The notes under the pieces were generated by a model. It was not told where the DNA came from. It saw only the letters and a program-made list of their open reading frames with translations, and ran no database searches. Shown piece after piece: positions 22,748-35,930 of a DNA stretch of 64,000 bases. The translations under genes and the position numbers were made by a program. The stretch is from Camelus dromedarius. Lineage: Eukaryota. The stretch lies in NCBI RefSeq assembly GCF_036321535.1, contig NC_087437.1, positions 99,512,001-99,576,000 on the forward strand. The letters run 5' to 3'. How positions within the stretch are numbered: position 1 is the stretch's first letter; every line of letters starts with the position of its first letter.

Positions 22748-25700
22748 ATGCAAAAACATACTGATTTGTCATTACTACTATGCTGTGTATCTTCAGCTTG
22801 AAAATATGGTTGACTTCTGAGTATTGTCCTCTTTAAATCAGGATGTCACCTTGTAGCTACTGGCCTTTAGTGACCCGTGAAAATGGATAGAGTTATTCTG
22901 ATCTCACTATGGAGAAGGTCAGGTTCACAGCTTGGATTTGAGAACAGCAGAAGGGATCACCTTAGAGGAAGAAGCTGGTTTTAAAAAAGCAAATGTTTAT
23001 TTACATTAAGCTCATCAGAAATAGGTGGAGGTCGAGAAGGAAACAACTGCAGAATTACTTCAGGATATTTTTAAAGAGCCTCCATTTAGGTATCCTTATC
23101 TAAATACATTAACTTTGTAGCCATTTCCTCATGAAGAATGCATCAAACTTTTCTCTATCTAGAACCTTTTTTTTTAATCCACAGCTCATACTTATTCTTC
23201 TTGCTGTAATATTTAAATAATTTTATCTTAAAGATTTTGTGCTGAATGCTTAATTCATCAGTCCTTATTTCTGTCTTCTTGCAATTCTGTTTATTTGCTT
23301 TAATGTAGCTGCTATAAAAATCAACCATGGTTATCAGAAATAAGTATACACAATTCACAAAACTAGCATGCCTTGCAGAGATATAAGTAAAAATATAGTA
23401 GAGTATATGAGTGTATTTAGTAGTAGTAGTATATATAGTATAATGCATATATGTGTGTATGTATTTACATATAGATATATATTTACTGAGATGGACTTAT
23501 TTCCTGAAAATTATTTTATACTTTGGGATTTTCATCTGGAATAGTCTAAATCTCATGTTATTTTTGGTGGGTTTACAAAGATCTCCAGGGGAAAATAGCA
23601 ATAAATAGGACTTTTTATTAATAATAATTTATTTTGAAATTATGATATTTATATTCTGAAAACACTATTTTTTCATTTCTTACAGTGATACAGAGCAAGA
23701 AGTGATACATTAATATGTGATCATTTTTACCAGTATTATATTTTTCCCAGTACATATGTTATTGTTAAGAGAAACTGAGTTTATATTTCACTTCAATGAA
23801 CAACAGCAAGAGCAAAATATGTTTTTATTTTGTTGAGACTTATTGTGAAATAATAAAGTACAGAATTTCCAATCAATTATAACATGTTTTAAATGCACAG
23901 AACTCTCTATAATAGCTATTTTTCTGTACTCATAGTTATGAATATAATTTATCAGTATGTTTTCTTCTGAAGAGAAGGGATGTATCTGATATTTCTTTGA
24001 TTTTTTTCTTGCCTTGTTTGTCAGAAATTCTAGCTTATACAAAACTAAATGGCAATTCTGGCCAATGCGGACCACGACAATACCCAAACTCAGTAAGAAA
24101 ATTGCCATGTGTGGAGGACTGTACTCCTGCCCAGTCAGAACTAGTTATTCCTTATTTACTGTAGACCTTAATGTTCATCGATAGGAAATAACATTCCATT
24201 CTGATGCATGACTAATTTGTCATTTGAGTTGTATTTTTAAAAAAAAATCAATAAAATTCAGGCCATAAAGGACTTAAGAGGTAGAGATAATCCCATTCTT
24301 TTGCGCTAATTGTTTTGATTACAAAATAAAAACAGAAAGTTTTTAAAAAGGAAATGTTGCAAAATTGACTGATAGATAACCTTTTACCCTGTGTTGTTCC
24401 TCCAGTCTCTGATACGTGTTAGCTGTTAGGTGAACGATTCAAGGAAGGAAAAGATGAACAAAAGGCTATGGTATATGCATAAACTATAGTAATACCTACC
24501 TTATCGCTGGAATAATAAAAATCATTCTGCAATCAGAGTGCTTCGTCAGCTACCTACCCTCCATGTAATAAATACACATTTCTTTACCCTTATTAAAAAG
24601 ACACCTGAGGTATTTTTGTCCCCATGAAGATTATAACTTAAGGGAGAATATTAAAGACAAATGAACCACATGAGAAAAATAGAAAATATGCTAAATTAAT
24701 TTAGCTGAGCTAGTAGATTTTTATTTAATCATATGCTTTACTTAAAAGAAAAAATAATCAAATCAAAATCAGTAAAAAATCTCTTTGAATAACTTTCTAT
24801 GAAAAATAGACTTTGAAATTCCATATGAGCCTATTGAAAAGGTAAATGAATTCGACAAAACCACTAGTTGATATTCTGTGTGAAGGCTACCCTGATAATA
24901 TATTGGGCACCCTACTCCTATTTCTGTTGCAGAACAGGAACTGACATGTAATAGATGCTCATCAAATATATGTTGAATGAATAAAGGCGTGAATGATCCT
25001 AGTGAAATGAATATTTGTATCTCTAAGTGGGTTTCCCCCTCTCAATAGGGCTCATTTCCTTAAAGGCTAAGATTCTTAAAGCTGCTTCTGGAGTTCTTAT
25101 CTTTCGATGATTCAATTACTTTGCAAAGGAATAGCATCTAGTTAAAAGTTAAGTCTTCAGAGAAATTATTCTGATTTTCATTGTAATATCAGCCAATGAA
25201 ATTGATCATTTCAGAGAATCTGTGTGTGTGTGAACTTGTAATCATCGTGGCTATATCTGGTCTGTGAAAGAATGAAGACTGTCACCGAGCATTTAGTAAT
25301 CTAGTTTATTGCACAGTTTAAAAATCAGTTAACAACTGAGATGTAAAAAACATAGTCAGACTATTTTTTGGCCTCCTTGTATTGTATCAAAATACAATTG
25401 TGTGGGTCTCTGTGTAATTATTTCTTAGAACATATTTTAGATGTCATATAAACCATATCTTCATAAAAATGAAAACTTTTATTTTTGCCATTTATGGATT
25501 CAAATTAACACATTTTGCATATTTTTATATTCAATTATTAAGAAATTTTAATGTTTAATGAGGATGCATACAGAAATGTTATAGCGAATTGGTATAGCAC
25601 CTACGTTATTATACCTTGTAATTGGTGTAGTAAATGGAGCAGATTTCTATTCCTAAAAGTTTTTTTTTTCCTCTGAATTTAACAATAACTTTCTAAATCT

Positions 25701-26067
25701 TACAGTTCATAAGTATCTTGATTTTCCCATTTGTGGCTGCTGCCTTTGGCTCTCTACATGCCAACTTATCACCAGGAAATTTCTTAAGTAATCATAAGGA
25801 AGATTTAATCGAAATCAGTTTAGTTCCCAATAAATGTACAACTAGGGATATAGAAGAAGCCAAGTTTCTAGTGATTGAATTATTTTATTATATATTCCTG
25901 ACATGGATATAAAAGTGGTGACCTTTCCCCTCCTCCTTCCCCTCCAAAAAAAATTGAGAAGAGTTGGGAGCAAATAACTTTTAACAGCAAAAATCTTTTC
26001 AAAAAATAATACTAGCAGCTACTGCTACTACCTGTTAAGGTCTGTACTGGGCTTCTCCTGGAACAGC

Positions 26068-26210
26068 AGAGTATTGTTAAAGGAATGGATGCCAGAATCA
26101 GACTGCTCAAGTTCAAACCCACATCTGCCATTTACTATTATCAAATCTTGGATAAAGTACCTTTCTTGCCTTACTTTTCTTATCTGTAAATTGCTAATCA
26201 TAACAGAGCT
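26068..26210 (+). mobile_element. MIR fragment
   Basis: gaatcagactgctcaagttcaaaccc...ctgccatttacta...cttatctgtaaa. Confidence 0.6.
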
Positions 26211-29200
26211 GGTTTAAAGGCATTTATTTAAAAAAAAAATTAGTAACATCTCTTCCAGTTGAATGAAGATGTATAGAACTTGATCCAATGTGGAAGTGAA
26301 TATGAGTGAAATGGGAGAGAAGTCATGTTCTTTCAAGATGTTACTCTTTCTTAAATATAATGTCATTGAAAGAAGCAGCATAGTAGCCAATGTCTTGCCA
26401 TCATGGAGGTCAAAACAAAGAACAGAGGGACAAGTTTCTAAGAATACTGGAAAGTAGTAAACGTTGCCTGCTTCTTTTTTATAAAATCAACATTAACTGG
26501 GGGGTATGCCAGCCTTATCTTCCATTTATATATGTTTTTGAAACATTTCTTCAAGGAACCATAAGCACATTAATTAAATCAGAGTAAAACTTCAAAGGAT
26601 CCACTTTGTTTCTTATAGTATAAGTTCACATAAGAAAAAGTAATTAACTTAAAATCCAAGTTTTATATATTCCCAGATTTCCAGTTGGGAGGTGATGAAA
26701 TATACCTCCTCAACTCTCTTACTTCTTTCTGGAGACAATTGTCACTTTCTCTTGGTCTTCTTTTCTAAAGTAACTGGTTATTTTGATTACTGTCAAAAAG
26801 CTGAATGGTGTTCACAATTATCTTTTTCCTTCTGATGCTACTTCTATTGTTTAGTAAATTAAGGGAAAGGAATACCAGATTTGAAGCCTAGTATGATTGT
26901 TAAGGCTTGGAAAGGAAATCAGTATTTAGCTTAATTGTTGTCTTTTATGTACAGGTTTGAATATTTATATTTGAAACAGCCCTTGAGCTTAATTCAGCTG
27001 TTAACACATGAAATACAGTTCTAAGTCAAGCTAACCAATTTTTCATTGAGATGAATTAGTGTCTGTGTATCTTGCCCTGCTTAAAAATGTCTTTATACTC
27101 TCTGTTTTGATGTATTGAATTTTTAAAAATGTTTAGAAATTTCCAGGGTGGAAAATCTTACTTTCTTTTATCCAATATCTTTATAAAAAGTCTAATAATT
27201 CCATTTAAGAGCAAAACTGACCTTCTTTAGATGACTAGCTATTAGTGGGGAGCACAGTATCTAATCTGTGCTCATCTAAATCTCAGAAGTTTTTCTATTA
27301 GGATCTCTTGCATTGCAGACACGGAAAGCATCGATGAATGCTTCCATTCTCTCAAAATTTCACAAAAATATCAGCCCTGAGGGTGTGATTTTTTTTCCTT
27401 TATTCCTTCAAGATCTAACCAGAAATATAAATCAGAAAAAAACTGGAAGAAAACTTTTTTTAAAAAAGGAAAAAGAATAGATGCTTTGGGAAAGGAAATA
27501 CTTTGCTGCTAGAGTCGCTGATTCGATTAATGCAGCCAAGTCTCAGAAACTAGAGTGCTGAAGTACAATAAAAGATGCCCAGAATTCTTGAGTACAGTAA
27601 AACAAACATACAGCAGAGGACTTCCCATAGAATCTAGATGTTGCTTGATTTAAAAAAAAAAAAGAATGAAAAAATGTCTTTCAGTGGACCTACTGATTTC
27701 TCAGAACATCTGTATGCTATCCATCCAAAGTAATAAGGGACCAAAATCATCTCTTGCTACCTACTGCCACTTCATTTTCAAAACCACCCTCTAACTATGC
27801 TTGTTAGGAAATTAAATTTCTTTTCACAGAGTGAAGGCTATTTACAAGACAGACTTCCATAGTGCTAGTTCATCCTATATATGGCGGCTAGATTGTTGCT
27901 GCAATTGTTTAGCTCTTTTCCAGGTTTTTATATCTTTATGTTCTGTACTCTTCCCCTATTGCCTGAAGTTTCTTTCAAAAATTAAGATCACATTTCTACT
28001 CTCCTAGGAGTCTTTTATGACTCTGTCGCCTGAAGTTTCCTCCCCCAAAACTTGCATATCAATTTATTAATACTGAATTGATCTTAGAGAAACTTTATGT
28101 GAGGAAACATTTCCTGGTGTTGCTTTGTAAGTTACAATGCATAGGCACCTTAAATGGTTCAATAGAAATTTTGCAGAAAGATTCTGCAGGATCTTAGGAG
28201 GTATACGGAAATTGGTGAAGAATAGAGTTGAGAGATGAAAGTGATGGCATTCTCAGAGCAAGACACACTATGTAGAATTTATGTTTATTAACCTACTTTA
28301 TTGAATAAACTGAACTTTCTCAGAAATTCCATCTTTTAAAATATGACCACCACAATTAACAATAAAGAAAACACCTCTATGTCAAGCCAGATATTAGGCC
28401 TCCACGGTCATTGCTTGACTGAAAACATAGCTTTTAAAATTTCAGAATCAACATCTATAAACCTAGCAATGTGTATTTAAAAATTGAAAAGAATAAGAAA
28501 CTGATTTTGTTTAGTTACCAAAACATAGAAATTAGATGATGTGGCTTTGTATATTTTTTTTAAAAAGTAGAGTTTAAATAAAGAGATAAAATTCTCGTTA
28601 TTTCAGTAATGATTTTCTACTAGTTAATCACTCTGTGATGATATTATTATTACTAAATTGTTTTAGTAACAATAACTACCACTGTAACATATTAAAATAG
28701 TTATTATGTGAACTCATTATACTGATACCATCCAGAATGTTTTTAAAGAAATTTAAAAACATCAATTGTGTTTGTTTTTAAAGTATTTTTGCTGGTAGCC
28801 ATGGTAAATTATTGACAATAATGGATTTAAAATAAATGAATATTCTAGTTAAAGGATAAAAGCTAGACTTTCAAAAAATTACTGGAAGATAGAAGTTTTC
28901 AAATTTTTATGTCAGTAAAAGAGCAAAATGAAGAAAACAGAGAAATACAAATTTGTATTATTAAACATCTGTAAAAACCACTATTTGAACTTTCTTGTTT
29001 TTTTACCATTCTGGACTATCATATTTATATATTAAAATGCTTAATATAGTGTTTATGTTACTAGGGGAGGAAATGGTGTTCTTCAGAAATTGTAGTCACT
29101 CTAAGCAAGAAACAAAAGCAACTTCAATGAGCTCTATCTAGAATAATGACAGATTTCTATATCATGATCAAAATAATGCCATTACCTCCTTTATGATTGC

Positions 29201-30369
29201 TGCAGTGATTTTTGAAAACTATACCAGTTGTTTTATCTGATTTTGGCTTTTGAAGGCAGTTTAAATACAATTGTGGTAATACACCATGCAGGATAATTTG
29301 TGAGTTATATTTTAGACCTAAAACTATATGTGTTTAATGGTATGACCTATTAATATTTGGTAAAGCCAAATATTTAGCATTTTAAGCATTGTTAATTGAA
29401 CCTAGAAGTGACATTCTTCCTTTTCACTGATACAGTCGTTTATATGCTTCATTCAAAAGCAAGAACTCCTCAAGATACCCATTTTACAACATCACCACAG
29501 CTTCATATACCAAAGAAAATATTTTACTTTAACTTTCAAATCTTAAGCTGGATTTAGTATTAGACATTGTTTAGTAATTATGTATATTTTTATTGACAGC
29601 TGACCATATGCATCAATGTCTATCTTCTTTTTTTTAAAAAAAATACAAAAGTAGCTTTAGCATGAAGCATGAACAGTTGAGCAAATGCGTGATAAAAATA
29701 CTGATCTGGAAGAAATGGGAAAAGGGCAAGCACAATCTTTTTTTTTGCTCTTAAGGTGGGTCGTGAGAAAAATAGTCTGTCTACCCAATATCCAACCAGC
29801 TTTCTGCTTCCTAATGAGCTCTGACAATTTTCTACATCTTAGTTTGATGAATGACTTCAGGGAGCTGCCTTAAAATGCCCACCAAGCTGCCCAATATCTT
29901 GCCCCCAGTGACAAATTAGCTCATAGATCTCCATTAATATGCTTCAGGAAGGGATGTGTATTGGTTGAGGATGTATATAGGGAGAAGTTATTTCTGAAAA
30001 TGTTATTTTTTATTAAAAAAAATTTTTGACTGTGCTTCTGTCCTACATAAATACCTCCAAGGTAAAGACAGTTTTTATTTATATTTATCCAGAGTCTTGT
30101 ACGTAGAGGATCCTTTCCTCATGAATATTTATAGAATAAAATGTGATACCAGAACAAGAAGTCTTTTGCTTCTTGTTGTCTGCAGATTAAGGTAAAACTC
30201 ATGGGACAAGTCTGAGTTTATTTTTTGTTTGTTTGTTTGTGTGTTTTTTGTGTTTGTTGATAAACTGTATAATAATAGGAAAGGAGCAAGCAAGCAAGGG
30301 AGCAGTAGGAAGGAGGATGAGAATCAGAGACAAGTTGCTCAGTTTTTGTCTTTTCCATTCACTTTAGTA

Positions 30370-30775
30370 TTTAAAGCCTTTGCTACTACTCTTTAGCATG
30401 TGATTCAGTCAGTGTGGAACCCTCACCAGTTTTTTGTAGCACTATACATTTGCACATACTATTCTTCAACATGAAAAATTCTTCCTGTCTTTTCCACCTG
30501 AGAAGTGTCTGCTGATCCTCCAATATTCTGACATCTCCTCTGAAATATCTTTGCTTACTCCCCTACGCAGAGTTTGATTGTTCTTCTCTGGGATGGTACA
30601 TATCTCTATCAGAATGCTGTTCACATTGCCTTACAAATATTCATTTAAATACAAGTCTGCTCTCAGGCTAAACTGTCAGCTCCTTACAGCCAGGAATATT
30701 TCTTATTCATTTCTGTGTTCCTTCTACCTTCTATTACGCCTTTCATAGCTGGCATTTAATGAAAAGCTGGTTGAT
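30370..30775 (+). mobile_element. LINE L2 3' fragment
   Basis: tttgcacatactattc...ctaaactgtcagctccttacagccagga...cttattcatttctgtgttcc. Confidence 0.6.
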
Positions 30776-31109
30776 CTTTTTAAGCATTAAACCAGTCTTT
30801 CAGAACAATAATATATTTGCTGTGAGGTGATATATGATCCCAAATAGTAGTTTATGCTCTCTGCTACCATGTTTTTCCCCAAAAAGATACAAAAAAAAAA
30901 AAAACTCTAGCAAAGAAACAAGATTTGTTTGAAAAATATTAATTTGAGTAACTTGAATAAAATGTCCAGAGTAGTATAAATATCATATTAGGAGAAATTG
31001 AGATTATAAATAACTTTTTTCCACGCTGCTTCTCAGTTTTCCCTAGACAAATTATTGGAGGATATTGTACTCAATTACATTATAAATGTATATTGAATAA
31101 ATAAATGAA

Positions 31110-31200
31110 CAAAGCCCAGAGATTTTAGGTGACATACTCAAGTCACATCTTTCATCACCAATGCTAGAACTAGAGCCCAGATCAGAATGTCAAGTTAAAA
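31110..31200 (-). mobile_element. MIR fragment
   Basis: gcccagagattttaggtgacatactcaagtcaca...agaactagagcccagatc. Confidence 0.5.
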
Positions 31201-31231
31201 GTAAAATTCCTGACTTTCAAAATTCTGTGGT

Positions 31232-34200
31232 TTTTAAAAACTTTTTATTTTCAAATAATTTTAGACCTACAGAAAAGTTGCAAAAATAACACAGAGAGTA
31301 CATGTATATACCCTTAATTCAGTCTTCCCTAGTGTTAACAACTTACGTTGTTACAGAATAATTATCAAAACTGGGAAATTAGCATCAAATTTAGGATCCC
31401 ACACTACCTTGTGTTGTTGGTCTCATTGCCTCCTCAATATTTCATAGTTTCTTAACTTTTTTTATAACCTTGAAGAGGACTCATCAGTTATTTTGTAGAA
31501 TGTCTTTCAATTTGGGTTTGTCTAGTGGTCTTTTATGACTATATTGGGGTTATGCATTTTGGGCAAGAGAAAGTGATATATGCCCTTCTCACTGCATCAT
31601 GTCAGGGGATCCATGATGTCAATGTATCTGATTACTGGCATTGTTAACCATTATCACTTGAGGAAGGTGGTGTCTGCTAGGTTTTTCCAATATAGGATTA
31701 CTATTTTTCCTTTCATAATTTTATGTGTGTGTGTGTGTGTGTGTGTGGTAGAAGAGATACTCTTAGACTAAGCAAATATTCTGTTTTTCTTCAATCTTTT
31801 GCCCACCAATTTTAACATTTACTGGTAGATCTTGTCTATAACAATTGTTACTCTTTTGTTTGCCTAATGTGATTTTGTATGTCCCTCATTCCTTCTACAT
31901 TTATTAATTGGAATTCTTCAAAAGAAGAAATGTTTCTTCTCCCCCATTCATTTGCTTATTCAATTATATATTTATATTTATGTGGACACAGGGGTATTTA
32001 CTTTAGGAGTTACAATTCAATACTGTCTTTATATATTTTGTTCAGATTAGTCCACCAGCATTGGCTATTGGGGACTCTTTTTCAGGTTGGCTTAATGTCT
32101 ATTTGATACACCCCAACTTTTTTGAGCACTTTCTTATGATTTGGCAACACAAGATATTCCAGACTCACCTTATGTTATTCCTGCTTAGCCATGAAATAAG
32201 CCACTTGTCCAAGGAATTTCTGTTCCTTTTGTTGGAGAATGGATTAAGAAACCAAGATCTGCATGCCAGGTATACTTATTGCTACTGGGGTGTTATTACT
32301 TCTACTCCCTCTTAATAGAGAATGTTAGGGAGTATATGTATATATACCAATCCATACATAGACACCCATCCATATTTATTTCTACATCTATCTGTAAATG
32401 TATGAATAATTATGAATTAATTGACATCTCTGATTCTAATCTAATACAACAAATTTCATTCTAGCCCTTAGGTTTCCTTGTTTGTAACTTTTTTGTCTAA
32501 CAGTAAAAAATTTGGCTCTCATTATCTACAATACATTTACTTATTTGTTCACTTCTGGTATACACATCAATTTGCTACCAAGTCAATACCTTTCACCCCT
32601 GTGAGAAATTGATTTACTAATCAAAGTAAAGTGATTACATGCAATTATTTTTGTCTCACAGAATCGCAAGATATTTTTATTCCAAAGCTACTTTGGTTCA
32701 CTATTTTCTTCTCCATTCCATTCAGTGTGGTTGTGTTATTCATTTAAAACATAACTAGGTTCATTTGTTACTCATGTATTCACCTCATATCCTGCGTTAT
32801 TTTGATGTTTTAATTACTTTTTAAAATTTTATTTTTCATTAATTTTGGGGGGTTATGGAAATTTCTATGGATCTAAAAAGTGAAACTATAAAAAAGCTAT
32901 AATTGGAGAAATGTTGCTCCCACTACATCCTTACTACCAGTGTCCCATTTCCCCTTTCTTCCCACTCTCTTTCTCTCCCATTCCCTATAGATAACCACTT
33001 TTTTTAGTTTCTGGTTTACCCTTTCTGTGTTTCTTTTGCAGATATGTAAATAAGGGGATACATGTTAATTTTCTCCCCCCCCCTTTTTTTCCTTATAAGA
33101 GAAGTAGCTACTATTGATACTTTTTTGTAATTTGCTTCTTTAAGAATTTTTTCTGGAAACCACTCCAACTCAGTTCATAGAGATCTCCATTCTCTTTATA
33201 GCTACGTAGTACTTTGTGGTGTTGCTCTAACATAATACATTCAGTGACTTTCCTGTGCATGAGCATTAGGTCGTTTCCAATATTTTGCACCTAAAACAAT
33301 GTGGCAAGAATAAACTTGTGCATAAGTATTTTCTAAATGTTGGAGGTGTAATGAGGATAGGGTCTTAGAAGTTGGGTTGCTGAATCAATAGGTGATTGCA
33401 TATGCAGTTTTGTTAGGTATTAACCAATATCTCCAGAAGGGTTGGACTAATTTTTATTCCTACAAGTAGTACCTGGGAATGCTGGTTTCCCTCTACCATC
33501 ATAAACATAACATTACATCACTAATTTTTGCCAGTCTGAGATAATAAGTGGTAACTTGGTGTCTTAATTTGCACTTCATTGATTATGACTGAACTCAAAT
33601 ACTTTCATATATTTGGGGATTATTTTTATACTTTTTTTTAAAAGTTGCTGGTTCAAATGTTTTTCCAATTTTTATGTTTTTGTGTTTATTCTCCGATTTA
33701 AAACGTTCTTGGTGTACTATGGATGTTGGCCCTTTGTTGTATGTATTGTGACTGTTTTCTCTCAGTTTGTGAGTTGTCTTTCGACTTTTCAAACATTCTC
33801 TTGCATAATTTTAGATTTTTTCATTTATTCAAATTTACCAATATTCTCTTTTTTTCTTCTAGTTCTATTGATATGTAATTGACATACAACACTGTGTAAG
33901 TTTAAGATGTACAGCATGAGGACTTGACACATACATATTGCAAAATGTTTACCATAGTAATTTTAGTTAATATCTGTCACACATATAGTTACAAATCTTT
34001 TTTCCCCTTGTGATGAGAACTTTTAGAACCTTTTCTTTTTTGGCTTCTGGGTTTTGAGTCACTGATTTGATTTAGAAAGCTGTTTCCTAATGCATGGATA
34101 AAGAGAAAATTATTCATGCTATAAAAAGAAATTTATTCAGGTATTTATATGGTTTCATTTTAAAATCTAGATCCCTAATTCATTTAGAGTTTATTTTGGT

Positions 34201-35930
34201 GTATACTATGAGATATGGACTTAATTTTATCTATTTCCAAGTGTCTACTCTGTCGTTCTAGCACCTATTGTAAGAAGTTTATCTTTACTCCAGAGATCTG
34301 AGAAGCCACTTTCAACATGTGCCAAATTTTAGACTGCTTCTGGTTGTTGTCTTCCATTTTTCTGGATTATTTGTCTACCCTTGTGCTAGTACTACGTGTT
34401 TTATTTGTAGAAGTTTCATGGTGTATTTTAATGGAGCAGGGCTAGTTCCCTCTTGTAGGTTTTTGTTTTTAGTGCTTCCCTGGCTATTCTTTTATATATG
34501 CTTTTAAAATGAACTTTAGTATCAACTTGTCTAACTCCATAAAATAGCTTGCTGGTGTTTTTATTTGGATTTTATTGAGTTTATAATTTAACTTAGAGAG
34601 AGACCATATTTTTTTAATGTTGCATTGTCTTAGTCAAGAACAGGATGTTTTTTCATTTGTTCAAACCTACTTTTCTGTCTTTAAGGAGTATTTTTAAAAA
34701 TTTTAAATGTTCCATATTACTTGTTAAATTAATTCCTAAGTATTTAATCTTCTTTATTGTTCTTGTAAATAGGCTTTTTTGCATTCTTATATCCTTTATT
34801 TATTGGTATACTAAGATTATTTGCTTTTATATGTTAGTATTTATCATGATACTTACTGGGTTCTTTGTTTGAGTTAGCTTTATTGTTGATTCTCTGAGAT
34901 TTTCCCTGAATTCTATCATATTATCTGCAAACAGAGATAGTATTGCTTATTTAACTGTTTCCATGCCACTAATTAATTTCTGTCAGGCTTATATCTTGAA
35001 TGCATTACTGAGTAGTAGTATAAACAGTCGACTTGCTTTTTTTTTAATTTCCTTGGTTTCAGTGGTTATTTCCCTTTTGTCACTTCTTACTTTGCATCAT
35101 TTTCTTAACTATACAGTCTTACTGCTTTTTCTTGATCAGATTAGCTCATGCTTTTTTTCTCTTTTATTATTTAAAAAAGCAAGATTTTAACTGATAAATT
35201 AGATCTACTGTTTTTCTATTGTCTCTGATCATTTTCTTATTTTTATCATTTCCATCCTTATGATATTTTATTTTTATTTTGCATTTACTGTTTTCAGTTT
35301 TTTTGAGAAAAGAATTCATTTACTTGCATTCTTTCTTTGTTAGCATGCCCTTGTGCATGCTAAGCACTCACTCTACCACTAAGCTATACCCTCCCTCCCT
35401 CGCTCTTTCTTTGTTATTGAAGTATTTGGTGCAGTGATTTTCCTTTATCTGATATGTAGTGTTTTCATTGTTGTATTTTTTTTCATTCTGCCATTTTGAT
35501 TTGAATTATTCAATTAAAAGTTTTTTGGCTTTTTTTTTAACATCCAAGTGGAATGGCTTCCTTGTTGGCTTTAAATATATATAAATATACAATTTCTTAT
35601 TTTATTGCCTCACAATTATGGAGTATTATTTCTAGTAGTTTCACTTTATGGAAGTTACTGATATTTTCTTTGCAATTTAGTATGTGATGGATTTTTGTGA
35701 ACATTCTGTGGGCACCTGAGAAGAACATGTATTCTCTATTTTCAAGGGGTAGAGCTAAATATGCATGCATACGATCTACGCTGTTGGTTAGATCTTCTAT
35801 CTCTTCTCTTATTTTCTCGTTTACTTCTTCTGTCTTGTACTAAGAGTGGCATATTAAAGCCTTGTATTATTAGCATTTTTCTCTTCTTGCATCTCTTATA
35901 GATTTTGCTTCACAAATGCAATGTTGTGAT
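31232..35930 (-). mobile_element. Composite old L1 block (L1MC/L1ME-type 3' UTR and degenerate ORF2), with a younger L1 3' end at ~33848-34030 and (TG)n at ~31724-31746
   Basis: aactttttattttcaaataattttagacctacagaaaagttgcaaaaataa...; tgaactttagtatcaacttgtc; tcatattatctgcaaacagagatag are antisense L1 motifs. Confidence 0.8.
35343..35403 (-). mobile_element. 5' half of the camelid tRNA-derived SINE, no tail
   Basis: Reverse complement reads gggagggtatagcttagtggtagagtgagtgcttagcatgcacaagg. Flanked by tctttctttgtta at 35330-35342 and 35404-35416. Confidence 0.8.

Noticed and set aside
31580..35190. Cluster of hydrophobic Phe/Leu/Ile-rich ORFs resembling small membrane proteins
   Set aside because: The composition comes from T-rich antisense L1 sequence. 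No splice or homology support.
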